From assembly GCA_963768185.1 (NCBI GenBank), contig CAVYGS010000005.1, forward strand, positions 1,203,666 to 1,267,665: a DNA stretch of 64,000 bases. Direction: 5' to 3'. Shown here piece by piece: positions 51,614-60,866 of this stretch (position 1 is the first letter of the stretch; the number at the start of each line of letters is the position of its first letter). The stretch is from an uncultured Acidimicrobiaceae bacterium (GTDB lineage Bacteria; Actinomycetota; Acidimicrobiia; Acidimicrobiales; RAAP-2). Under the pieces are notes generated by a model. That model was not told the origin of the DNA. It saw nothing but the letters and a program-made list of their open reading frames with translations, and did not search any database. The position numbers and the translations under genes are program-made.

Positions 51614-53595
51614 CCGACGCCCTCCAGCGCATCGACCCGGATGCAACGGCTCTCCCGCCCGGGGGCCGGCCGGACGAGGGCGACGGGGTTCGCCTCGCAG
51701 GCCGCCGTCGCGTAGCGGCACCGCGGCGCGAACCGGCAGCCCGACGGCCAGCTCCCGGGCGCGGGCACCGCCCCCTCGATGACCGGGAGCAGCCCACCGC
51801 CGGCGGCCCGGTGCGGGTCGGAGCGGAGCAGCGCCTCGGTGTAGGGATGAAGCGGCCGGGCGAACGCGTCGTCGACTGCGGACCGCTCGACGACCTGCCC
51901 GGCGTACATGACCACCACCTCGTCGGCCAGCGATGCCACCACCCCCCAGTCGTGGGTGATGAGGAGGATGGCGACGCCGGTGGTCTCCTGAAGGGAACGA
52001 AGGAGGGCGAGGATCTCGGCCTGCACGGTCACGTCCAGCGCGGTGGTGGGCTCGTCGGCGATCAGGATCTCGGGCTTGCCGGCCAGCGCCCGGGCGATGG
52101 CCACCCGCTGGGCCATGCCCCCCGACAGCTGGTGGGGGTACGCGATGGCGACCCGAGCCGGATCGTCCAGCCGTACCCGGGCCAGCTGGTCGAGCACCCG
52201 GGTCCGCGCCCGGCGACGGCTGAGCGATCGGTCGTAGCGACGGCTCACCTCGGCGAGCGCCGAGCCCACCGTCTGGGTCGGATCGAGGCTGGCGTGGGGC
52301 TCCTGGCCGATGAAGCCGATGCGTCGGCCTCGCACGGACCGCATGAGCGAGCCCCTGGCCCCGACCAACTCGAGGTCGCCCAGCCGCACACTGCCGCCGA
52401 GGATGCGGCCGCCGGCCGGCAGGACACCCAGGATCGCTCGGGCCGTCATCGACTTGCCGCAGCCCGACTCCCCCACCACCGCCAGGGTGCGGCCGGCGCG
52501 CAGCTCGAAGGAGACGTCGTCGACCACTGTCGTGGGTCCCCCCGATCGCCGGCGAATCCGACCGACAAGCCGCGCACCCAGAGCAGCGCGTCGGCTCGGC
52601 GATCCGGGTCGGCCGGAATCGGACAGGCCGCGGGAGCGGCCGCCCTCGGCCGGACCCGCCGGATCCGGCCACGGCGCGGCCCGCGTGCCCATCCAGCGCT
52701 CGTCGACCAGATCGGTGATCCCGTCCCCGAGCAACCCGAGGGCGAGCACCGTGAGGGTGATGATCCCGCCGCTCGGCACGAGCAGCCAGGCCTGCCGCTG
52801 GAACTGAGTGGCCGCGTCGGCGACCATCGACCCCCAGCTCGGTGCGGGCGGGTTGATGCCGAACCCGAGGAAAGCGAGGCCCGAGGCGACGACCAGCGCG
52901 ACCGCAGCCGCCAACGTCGCCTGGACCACGATCGGGCCCCACAGGCGGGGCACCACGTGCCGGCTCATGATGCGGCGATGCGGGAGGCCGACGACGCGGG
53001 CGGCGTCGATGTAGAGCTCTTCGCGCACGGCCAGGGTGGCGCTGCGGACGACCCGCATGGGTCCGACCGAGAGGAGCACCCCGAGCGGGATCATCGTCGG
53101 GTAGAGGCTGGAGGGGAACACCGAGATCACCACGATCAGCACGACCAAGACCGGCATGGCCAGGAGCAGGTCTCCCCAGGCGGCCAACACCCGGTCGATC
53201 CAGCCGCGCCGGTAGCCCGACAGCACCCCGAGTGCAGTGCCCAAGACGACTGCGATGGCGGTGGCCTCGCCGGTGGCGAGGAGCGTCGGGCGGCCGCCGT
53301 AGAGGATGCGGCTGAGCGTGTCCCGACCAAGCTCGTCGGTCCCGAGGAGGTGGTGAAGCCCGGGTCCGGAGAGCACCGCGTTGAAGTCGTTCGTGTACGG
53401 CGAGTACGGCGCCAACCATGGCGCCAGCGCACAGGCGGCGACGATCCCGACCACGAAGATCAACGAGACGAGTGTCACCGGCCGCCCGGCGATGCGACGG
53501 AGGAGCGAGCGCGGTCGGCCCCGAACCGCGGCCGGCCCGGCCGGCGGGACCGTTCCGCGGCTCGGAGCCTCGACTAAAGCGCCCGGCGTGCTCAC
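51610..53595 (-). CDS. Fused ABC permease (DppC/OppC-like) and ATP-binding protein (DppD/OppD-like), 661 aa
   Basis: Part of ORF 51610..54012; GTG 53595 overlaps the upstream stop (GTGA). Permease part: LGTDELGRDTLSRILYG..EELYIDAARVVGLPHRRIM. ATPase part: LAVVGESGCGKSMTAR..LSGGMAQRVAIARAL..LIADEPTTALD. About 20 linker codons before the six-C run 52538-52543 look out of frame (see findings). Confidence 0.8.
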   Translation of the reverse strand: MSTPGALVEAPSRGTVPPAGPAAVRGRPRSLLRRIAGRPVTLVSLIFVVGIVAACALAPWLAPYSPYTNDFNAVLSGPGLHHLLGTDELGRDTLSRILYGGRPTLLATGEATAIAVVLGTALGVLSGYRRGWIDRVLAAWGDLLLAMPVLVVLIVVISVFPSSLYPTMIPLGVLLSVGPMRVVRSATLAVREELYIDAARVVGLPHRRIMSRHVVPRLWGPIVVQATLAAAVALVVASGLAFLGFGINPPAPSWGSMVADAATQFQRQAWLLVPSGGIITLTVLALGLLGDGITDLVDERWMGTRAAPWPDPAGPAEGGRSRGLSDSGRPGSPSRRAALGARLVGRIRRRSGGPTTVVDDVSFELRAGRTLAVVGESGCGKSMTARAILGVLPAGGRILGGSVRLGDLELVGARGSLMRSVRGRRIGFIGQEPHASLDPTQTVGSALAEVSRRYDRSLSRRRARTRVLDQLARVRLDDPARVAIAYPHQLSGGMAQRVAIARALAGKPEILIADEPTTALDVTVQAEILALLRSLQETTGVAILLITHDWGVVASLADEVVVMYAGQVVERSAVDDAFARPLHPYTEALLRSDPHRAAGGGLLPVIEGAVPAPGSWPSGCRFAPRCRYATAACEANPVALVRPAPGRESRCIRVDALEGVG

Positions 53596-54536
53596 GAGCG
53601 GACCCGCACTCGGGGGTTCAACCAGGCATAGGAGAGGTCGACGAGGAGGTTGACCGCGATGACGACGAGCGTGAAGTACACGACCACCCCCTCGATGACC
53701 GGCAGATCGTGGTCGGTGGCGGCCTGGACGGCCAGCCCGCCGAGTCCCGGGAGGACAAAGACTTGCTCGACGATGATGGTCCCGCTGAGCATGGCCACGA
53801 AAAAGAGGCCGGCCATGGTGATGACCGGCAGCGCGGCGTTCCGGAGCGCGTGGCGCAGCACCACCGAGCGCTCGGAGATCCCGGCCATCCGGAGCGACGC
53901 GACGTACTCCTGGCCGAGCGCGTCCGCCATGGAGCTGCGGGTCTGTTTGGCAATGCCGGTGGACCCAGCGGCGGCGAGCGTGAACACCGGGAGCACTAGG
54001 GACCGCGCCCAATCCCCCGGGGACTGGCTCAAGGGGACATAGCCCTCGGCCGGCAGCAGATGGATCTTCAGCGCGAAGAACTCAACAAGAATGAGGCCGA
54101 GCCAGAAGGCCGGCAACGCGAACCCGAGCCAGGCGATCCCGTCGAGGAGTCGAGCCAACGGACCACCCGACAGCGCGCTCGAAACGCCGAGGGCGACCCC
54201 GGCGACGACCGAGACGAGGGTCGCCCCGATGACGAGCGACAGCGTCACCCAGACCCGCTGGGCCAGCTCGGTCGCCACCGACTCGCTGGTGAACAACGAG
54301 CGTCCGAGCGAGCCGTGGAACAGCCTGTCGAGCCAGTGCCAGTACTGCACGAATACGGGCTGTTCGAGCCCCAGCTGGCGGTCGAATGCGTGGTACTGCG
54401 CGAGCGTGTGCCCAGCACCCAAGATGCGCACCGCCGGGTCGCCCGGGATGAAGGCGACCGTGACGAAGGTCAGCACGGTCACCAAGAAGAACAGCGGGAT
54501 CGAGATCGCGATCCTTCGGAGGAGGAAGGCGACCAT
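53592..54536 (-). CDS. ABC transporter permease (DppB/OppB-like)
   Basis: ORF 53592..54536: MVAFLLRRIAISIPLFFLVTVLTFV..PGDPAVRILG..YVASLRMAGISERSVVLRHALRNA. Confidence 0.9.
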   Translation of the reverse strand: MVAFLLRRIAISIPLFFLVTVLTFVTVAFIPGDPAVRILGAGHTLAQYHAFDRQLGLEQPVFVQYWHWLDRLFHGSLGRSLFTSESVATELAQRVWVTLSLVIGATLVSVVAGVALGVSSALSGGPLARLLDGIAWLGFALPAFWLGLILVEFFALKIHLLPAEGYVPLSQSPGDWARSLVLPVFTLAAAGSTGIAKQTRSSMADALGQEYVASLRMAGISERSVVLRHALRNAALPVITMAGLFFVAMLSGTIIVEQVFVLPGLGGLAVQAATDHDLPVIEGVVVYFTLVVIAVNLLVDLSYAWLNPRVRVRS

Positions 54537-54598
54537 CAGTGTCCCTGTTCGCTCACCTCGGGACGGAGGCGGCCGCGCTCACACGAGCGTCTCGTTCG

Positions 54599-56227
54599 TC
54601 ATCCCGTCGACGGATACCAGCTGAGTGCCGGGTTGGTCGCGACTGGGTCGATGGTCGCGTTGGTTGAGTTCGGTGCGGACACGTTGGCCACACTCTTGCC
54701 GACCACGAAGGTCGCGCCGAGAGAGAAGAGCGGAACGTACCAAGCATTCTTCACCAAGAAGTCGTCCACCTTCTGATAGAGAGCCGGCTGCTGGCTCGCG
54801 GTCGCCCCGCCGGCCTTCGACAGCAGCGAGTTGAGCGTCGCGCTCGTCGTGTTGAAGGCGTTGGTGAACGGGATCAGCCCGAACTGCACCGAGTAGGCGA
54901 AGCCCGGGCCGTCCTGGGCGATCGGCCACACCACCGCCGGGTACTTCTTGGACAAGGCGGCCGGGATGAACTGAGCTGGGCTCGGCACCAGGGTGATGTT
55001 CAGCTTGATGCCGATGGCGGCAAGCTCGCTCTTCAGGGCGGTTCCGATGTCGCCGTTGGGGTCGAGCGCGGCGGTGTCGAGCACCGCCAGGGAGAACCCG
55101 TGCGCGTAGCCAGCCTCAGCCATGAGCTTCTTCGCCTTCGTCAGGTTGAAGGAGTAGGCGTGGGCGAGCGCCGGGTCGTAGCCGGTCGCGCCCGGCACGG
55201 CGTCCTCGTCGGTCGGCACGGCGGTCGGCCCACCGAGCGCCTTGGCCATGCCGCTGCGGTTCACCGCGTCGTTGATGGCTTCACGCACGTCCAGCTTGCC
55301 GAGCGGCGAGACGCTGCCGCCCCGGTCCATCAGCACGAGCGCAGCGATGGAGAAAGGCACCGTGTAAGTGGTCAGGCCGGCCGACTTGGCGGCCGACGCG
55401 ATCGTGGTCGGTGCGCCGGTGAGCACGTTCACCTGACCGGACTCGACCGATGCGAGCGCGGATTGGGGATCGGCGATGACCTTCACGACCACCTGCTTGT
55501 AGAAGACGGCTTTCGGGTTCCAGTAGTGCGGGTTGAGCGTGAAGACGTACGAACTGTTCGCGACGCTCTGGCTCGCCGACAGGATGTAGGGGCCAGCACC
55601 GTCGGAGGTCGTCTGGAGCTCTGCTGGGTTCGCGATGCCCTGTGGCCCGATGATCTGGCCGACGCACTGATACTGGTCGAGGAGGAACGGCAGGTCCGGT
55701 TGCGGACCGGCAAATGTGAGCTGCAAGGTGTTGGGCCCGGTCACCGTCGCGGAGGTCAGCCCGGCCAGGAACGCCCCCTGGGGCCCGTTGGCCGACTTGA
55801 AGTACTCGAGCGAGTTGGCCACCGCCTGGGGGGTGACGGCCGAGCCGTCGCTGAAGGTGACGCCCTGTCGAATGGTGAGGTTGAACTTCGTGTTGTTCGA
55901 CCCGGGCACATAGGACCAAGACGTCGCGAGGTCACCCACGAACTGCCCATTGGGTAGTTGGAAGATGAGCGAGTCGTAGTCGAGGGCCCCGAACACGATG
56001 TCGGACTCGGCGGTCCCCTCGAGGGCGGGATTGAGGCTCACCGGCTGGTTGAACTGCAGCGTGAGGGTCTGGTTGGTCAGGCCCGATGGTGGCTTCGCCT
56101 TGGCGGCCGCCGGGCCCGCGCCCATCAGCGTCATCGAGGACCCGAGCAGCACTGCTGTCGTGACGGCGGCGGCCACGCGGACCTGGGCCGAGCGCACTTG
56201 GATGCCCCACGAATTGCGAGCGGACAT
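54599..56227 (-). CDS. ABC transporter substrate-binding protein, family 5 (peptide/opine/nickel type)
   Basis: ORF 54599..56251. ATG 56227 (MSARNSWG..) follows a GGGGGAAG stretch; GTG 56251 is the alternative start. It has a signal-like AAAVTTAVLLGSSMTLMGAGPAAA. The SBP_bac_5-like body includes TLQFNQPVSLNPALEG.. and ..YWNPKAVFYKQVVVKVI... Confidence 0.8.
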   Translation of the reverse strand: MSARNSWGIQVRSAQVRVAAAVTTAVLLGSSMTLMGAGPAAAKAKPPSGLTNQTLTLQFNQPVSLNPALEGTAESDIVFGALDYDSLIFQLPNGQFVGDLATSWSYVPGSNNTKFNLTIRQGVTFSDGSAVTPQAVANSLEYFKSANGPQGAFLAGLTSATVTGPNTLQLTFAGPQPDLPFLLDQYQCVGQIIGPQGIANPAELQTTSDGAGPYILSASQSVANSSYVFTLNPHYWNPKAVFYKQVVVKVIADPQSALASVESGQVNVLTGAPTTIASAAKSAGLTTYTVPFSIAALVLMDRGGSVSPLGKLDVREAINDAVNRSGMAKALGGPTAVPTDEDAVPGATGYDPALAHAYSFNLTKAKKLMAEAGYAHGFSLAVLDTAALDPNGDIGTALKSELAAIGIKLNITLVPSPAQFIPAALSKKYPAVVWPIAQDGPGFAYSVQFGLIPFTNAFNTTSATLNSLLSKAGGATASQQPALYQKVDDFLVKNAWYVPLFSLGATFVVGKSVANVSAPNSTNATIDPVATNPALSWYPSTG

Positions 56228-56343
56228 CGATACTTCCCCCATAGCCGACACTCGTTCGATCGCTCACCGAACGATGGCCATGAAATCGCCTGTGCCGGGG
56301 GTATGTCAAGTCACTTGAGATTCAATGGCTCCGCGCCGGTCGC

Positions 56344-57858
56344 TCAGCTGGGGAGCCACGCCCGGCGCTCGGCCCCGAAGGGGTCGGCGAGCACTCGGGT
56401 CTCGGTGCCGAACACCACGGTCGGGCGAGTGGCGGTGTCGTAGGGCGGCCAGTCCCCGACGCCCGGGATCGTGGGCCGCCCGGTCTTCGAGAACTCGACC
56501 CACGCGCCGCTCATCTGGCTGGCCAATGGGCCGACGGCTTGCCGGGTGGCCGCCCGCCGTGCCAAGGCGTCGAAAACGAAAGGGATCTCGAAGCCGTGCG
56601 CAGAGCGCAACGCACCGTCCTGCACCGGGCTCTCCCAGGTGAACAGGTACAGGTGCACCGGGGCGCCGCCGGCTCGGCAGCGGGCCTCGGCGAACTCGAT
56701 CGAGCCCACCCTCATGTTGTCGCTGGCGATCGCCACGTACAGCTCGCCGTTGGTCGCCCGAGGCCGCTGCGCACGGTACTGCTCGAGGATCTCGGCCGTC
56801 CGGCCGCCGCAGGACCCGGCCAACCGGGCCGCCAGTGTGTCATCGTCCGGCGACCACCCGAGCGGGTCGGCCCGGAATCCCTCGTCGCTCAACCATAGGA
56901 ACAAGGTCACCTCGTCGCGGTTGGTCCCGATGATGAGCGGCACCTCCGCCGACGCTCCGGCGGCCACCGCGGCCTGGGGATGGTCGGAAATGACGCGGCC
57001 GTCCACGGTCGGGCAGAACGCCATCACCGAGGCGGTGCCCGGGGTGCGCTCCGCCTCGACCGCCCGCTGGACCTCGAGCAGCCGGGCGGGCGGCGCCCGC
57101 AGCAGCTCGTCGACCGAACCCAGCTCCTCCACCACCCGGCGACCGATTGCGGCCGCTCGCAGCGGGTCCTGGAGGAGCTGTCCCGGGCCGCCACGGAAGA
57201 TCCCGCTCTGGATGGCGGCACGGTGGAAGAGCCCGGCCGCGTCGGGCATGGCGAGGAGCGTGGCGACTTTGCCGCCACCACCGGACTCGCCGAAGATCGT
57301 CACCCGTCCGGGATCGCCGCCGAACGATGCGATGTGCTCGCGGACCCACTGCAGGGCAGCGACGAGATCGAGCATCCCGGCGTTGGCCGAGTCCGCGCCG
57401 GCGTCGCCCATCAGCGCGGCGAGGTCCAGGAACCCGAGCAGTCCGAGCCGGTGGTTCACCGTGACCACCACGACGTCGCCGCGGGCGGCCAGCGCCGAGC
57501 CGTCGTACCAGGGCACGGAGCCCGACCCGGTGCTGAACCCGCCGCCGTGGATCCAGAAGAGGACTGGCCGGGACCCGGTGAGCCCGGCCGTCCAGACGTT
57601 GAGCACCAGACAGTCTTCGCCCTGGGGGATCTCGGCACCCTCGTCGAGACGAGCCAGTGGCGGTGGCGGCTGCACGGCCGTCAGCCCGTAGGAGTTCGCC
57701 TCGCGAACGCCCGCCCACGGGACCACCGGCGGCGGCGGCCCGAACCGGTGCGCACCGGCCGGCGACCCCGCGTACGGGATCCCCCTGAAGATCAAGACGT
57801 TGCCCTCGGTGCTCCCCGCAATGCGTCCGGCCGAGAGCTCGACGACCGGTGCGCTCAC
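56344..57858 (-). CDS. Type-B carboxylesterase/lipase family protein
   Basis: Last 504 codons of ORF 56344..58083; GTG 57858 overlaps the CapA stop (GTGA). Sequence: FRGIPYAGSPAGAHRF..EDCLVLNVWT..PVLFWIHGGGFSTGSG..VTIFGESGGG (nucleophile elbow GESGG). Confidence 0.85.
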   Translation of the reverse strand: MSAPVVELSAGRIAGSTEGNVLIFRGIPYAGSPAGAHRFGPPPPVVPWAGVREANSYGLTAVQPPPPLARLDEGAEIPQGEDCLVLNVWTAGLTGSRPVLFWIHGGGFSTGSGSVPWYDGSALAARGDVVVVTVNHRLGLLGFLDLAALMGDAGADSANAGMLDLVAALQWVREHIASFGGDPGRVTIFGESGGGGKVATLLAMPDAAGLFHRAAIQSGIFRGGPGQLLQDPLRAAAIGRRVVEELGSVDELLRAPPARLLEVQRAVEAERTPGTASVMAFCPTVDGRVISDHPQAAVAAGASAEVPLIIGTNRDEVTLFLWLSDEGFRADPLGWSPDDDTLAARLAGSCGGRTAEILEQYRAQRPRATNGELYVAIASDNMRVGSIEFAEARCRAGGAPVHLYLFTWESPVQDGALRSAHGFEIPFVFDALARRAATRQAVGPLASQMSGAWVEFSKTGRPTIPGVGDWPPYDTATRPTVVFGTETRVLADPFGAERRAWLPS

Positions 57859-59003
57859 CGGGGCAGCGAGCGCCGCTCGGGACCTCGCGTCGCGCCCTCC
57901 ACGACGACCTGTTCGCCATGCCATCCGAGCTCGGTGTCCAGTCCCGCCTCGGCGCCGATCGCCGACACGTAGTCGGCGACCGCCCGGGCGCGCTCCCCCA
58001 CCACCGGCACCGGCCGCGCTGCGTCGTCGATCCAACACGGGATGAACCCGGCGCTGAGCGTCCCGTCCTCGGCCACGGTGCACTCGGCGATGATCGTGTT
58101 GCGGCTCTCCGGGTGGAACGGGTACGTGGGCATCACCGGGTCGGGCACGAAGCCGAATAGCTCCATGCGCCGCTTGGCCCAGGCGGCCGCCTCGGGAGTC
58201 TCGGTGTTGTCGACCGACAGCGCTTTCGTCACGGTCACGAAGTTGCCCAGGCCGTGGTAGATCGGGCGGCCCTTGTACACCTCGATACCCCGCAGGATGT
58301 GGGCATGGTGGCCGACCACGACGTCCCCGCCAGCGTCGATGGCCGCGCGAGCCACGTCTCGCTCGTACATTGCAAGCGCGGCGCGTCGGTGGCCGATGCC
58401 CTTGTGGAGGGCGACCACCACGACGTCGACTGACGGCCGCAGCGCGGCGAGGTCCTCGCGCATCGCGTCGAGGCTCGCGGGCGTGGCGAAGGTGTAGATC
58501 GTCGGCGGCCCACCCGGTGAGGCGTGGTCGAGCTCGTAGTGAGTCAGGATCTCGAGGTAGGCGCAGCCCGCCTTCGAGGGGCGGGCCCAGCTTTCCCTTG
58601 GTCCGACGCAGTTGTAACTGAGGATCCCCACGGTCACGCCGTTCGCCTCGAGGACTGCCGGGCGTCGTGCCTCTGGCAGGTCGCGCCCGGCCCCGGTGGC
58701 CTGGATGCCGAGTTCTTCGAGCGCGTGCAGCGTGTCCTCGATACCTTCCGGCCCGGCGTCGGCGATGTGGTTCCCGGCCAGGGTGACCGCGCTGAAGCCG
58801 GCCCGACCGAGAGCAGAGAGGTTCTCCGGGTCGGCGGGCCGAGCCGGCACGTCGGAGGAGTGCACGGCGCGCCGGCGCGAGTGCGGCACCTCGACGTGGC
58901 CGATGACCACGTCGGCCTCCCGGAGCACCGGGGCCGCTGCCGCGAAGAACGAGTCGGCGTCAGGCTCGTCGAGGATCAGGTCACCGACCATCAGGATCCG
59001 CAC
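57855..59003 (-). CDS. CapA-family (PGA_cap metallophosphatase-like) protein
   Basis: ORF 57855..59003: RILMVGDLILD..VIGHVEVP..VTLAGNHIAD..VVVALHKGIGH..VVGHHAHILRGIEVYKGRPIYHGLGNF. Confidence 0.8.
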   Translation of the reverse strand: MRILMVGDLILDEPDADSFFAAAAPVLREADVVIGHVEVPHSRRRAVHSSDVPARPADPENLSALGRAGFSAVTLAGNHIADAGPEGIEDTLHALEELGIQATGAGRDLPEARRPAVLEANGVTVGILSYNCVGPRESWARPSKAGCAYLEILTHYELDHASPGGPPTIYTFATPASLDAMREDLAALRPSVDVVVVALHKGIGHRRAALAMYERDVARAAIDAGGDVVVGHHAHILRGIEVYKGRPIYHGLGNFVTVTKALSVDNTETPEAAAWAKRRMELFGFVPDPVMPTYPFHPESRNTIIAECTVAEDGTLSAGFIPCWIDDAARPVPVVGERARAVADYVSAIGAEAGLDTELGWHGEQVVVEGATRGPERRSLPR

Positions 59004-59084
59004 TCAGAGCCGCCCCCGCATATCTCAACCGACTTTACATTCGGGGCTTCGCCTGTCCCCTGGGCCGTGGCGCGGGCGCCGCGC

Positions 59085-59552
59085 TCAGGAGTCGGCGGTC
59101 GGATGCTCGAGGGACCGCAAAGCGGTCACGGCGCTGGTCAGTAGTGCCCGCCGGTCCGCCGCGCTCAACGACTGAAGGACACGCTCCTCCACCCGGTCGG
59201 CGGCTCGGTCGCAGGCTCGCAAGACCTGGGTACCCGTCTTGGTCAGCGTGAAGCGCGCGATGCGCCCATGGTCGGGGTCGGGACGCCGCTCGATGAAGCC
59301 CCGTCGCTCCAACTGGAGGACGACGGTGTGCACCGCCTGCGGGGTCACCCCGAGGCGCCGGGACAGCTCGGCGTTGGAAGACCGCGGGCGGTCGTCCAAG
59401 AAGTCGAGTGTGGTCCACTCGCGGACGTCGAGGCCGATGGGCTTCAGCGCCTCGGTCATCTCGCGACGGATGCCGCGCGACAGGGCGGCGAACACGTGAC
59501 CCATCCGACGGGGACGGTGCTTGGTCTTCGGAGCACCGGCCGTCCCGGTCAT
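59085..59552 (-). CDS. MarR-family transcriptional regulator
   Basis: ORF 59085..59552: WTTLDFLDDRPRSSNAELSRRLGVTPQAVHTVVLQLERRGFIERRPDPDHGRIARFTLTKTG. Confidence 0.85.
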   Translation of the reverse strand: MTGTAGAPKTKHRPRRMGHVFAALSRGIRREMTEALKPIGLDVREWTTLDFLDDRPRSSNAELSRRLGVTPQAVHTVVLQLERRGFIERRPDPDHGRIARFTLTKTGTQVLRACDRAADRVEERVLQSLSAADRRALLTSAVTALRSLEHPTADS

Positions 59553-59597
59553 CGGAAACTCACTGTACAGACCGGTCGCGTTCTCGACGGCGGAAGA

Positions 59598-60866
59598 TCA
59601 GACGACCCCCTCCGCGCGTAACGCCGCGATGTGCTCCGCGCTGTACCCGGCGATCCTGGCGAGGAGCTGCTCGGTGTGCTCGCCGAGCCGCGGTGCCGGA
59701 GCGAGCGCGGGCGGGGCCGACCGCGCGAATCGGAGGGGGAGTCCGGCCGTGCGGAGGCCCGGGATCTCGCCAAGCTCGGGATGCACCACTGGGGCGGTCT
59801 CCCCGCGGTCGGCGACCCGGGAGTCGACCACCGCTTCGACGGGGGTCCGTACGGGTGCGGCCGGCACACCTGCTCCGGCCAGGGTCGCCACGACCTCGGC
59901 GACAGTCCGGCCGGCGCTCCACCGCTCGATCTCGGCGGTCAACTCGTCCGCGTGAGTGACGCGGACGTCGCGGCTCTTGAATCGCGGGTCCTCGGCGAGC
60001 TCGGGGCGGCCCATGGCGACGCAGAGCGACCTCACCATCCGGTCCTGGGGCGCCACCAACGCGAACCATCCGTCGGCCGCCCGGTAGAGGCCGAACGGCG
60101 CCAGTCGGGGCAGGGTCGGGCCGGTGCGCAGCGGTTGGCCGAGCCGCTCAAGAGCGGCCCAGTCCTCGGTGGCCACGAGCGAGGTGAGCGCGCCGAGCAT
60201 CGAGACGTCGACGTGCTCGCCGACGCCGCTGCGGGCCCGGCGGGCGAGCGCAGCCAAGATCCCGACGACCGCGTAGATCGGGGTGAGTACGTCGGCGACC
60301 GGTACCCCCACCCGCATCGGCGGGTCCTCCGGTCCCCCGCTCGCCAACATGAGCCCGCTCAACGCCTGGATCAGGGCGTCCATCGCGCGCATACCCTCGC
60401 CGCCGTCCTGTCCGAAGCCGCTAATTGAGCAGTACACGACGCCGCGGTTGGCGGCGCTCGCGCGCGCGTACCCCACGCCCAGCCGGTCGGCGGTCCCCGC
60501 GGAGAAGTTCTCAACCACGACGTCGGCATGGGCGACGAGGTCGGCGAACACTTTGGCCGCCTCGGGGTGCTTCAGGTCGAGCGTGACGCTCTGTTTCCCC
60601 CGGCACCGGGTGAGCAGGGCCAGCGACAGGTCCCCCTCGGACTCCCGCGCCATCTTCAGGCCGTCGGGACCCACGAAAGGCGCGTTGCCACGTGCCACGT
60701 CACCCCCGTGAGGGTCCTCGATCTTGATGACCTCGGCGCCCAGGCCGGCAAGGATGAGCGTGCAGACCGGGCCGGCCAGTGCCCGGGTGAGGTCGATGAC
60801 CACGATCCCCGCCAGTGGCGCGTCGGCTGCGGAACCCCCCTCGGTGTCCGTCGTCGACGACGTCAT
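59598..60866 (-). CDS. Family III CoA-transferase (CaiB/BaiF/Frc-like)
   Basis: Last 422 codons of ORF 59598..61295; ATG 60866 overlaps the upstream stop (ATGA). Sequence: LAGIVVIDLTRALAGPVCTLILAGLGAEVIKIE..ADVVVENFSAGTADRLGVGY..VYCSISGFGQ. Confidence 0.85.
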   Translation of the reverse strand: MTSSTTDTEGGSAADAPLAGIVVIDLTRALAGPVCTLILAGLGAEVIKIEDPHGGDVARGNAPFVGPDGLKMARESEGDLSLALLTRCRGKQSVTLDLKHPEAAKVFADLVAHADVVVENFSAGTADRLGVGYARASAANRGVVYCSISGFGQDGGEGMRAMDALIQALSGLMLASGGPEDPPMRVGVPVADVLTPIYAVVGILAALARRARSGVGEHVDVSMLGALTSLVATEDWAALERLGQPLRTGPTLPRLAPFGLYRAADGWFALVAPQDRMVRSLCVAMGRPELAEDPRFKSRDVRVTHADELTAEIERWSAGRTVAEVVATLAGAGVPAAPVRTPVEAVVDSRVADRGETAPVVHPELGEIPGLRTAGLPLRFARSAPPALAPAPRLGEHTEQLLARIAGYSAEHIAALRAEGVV

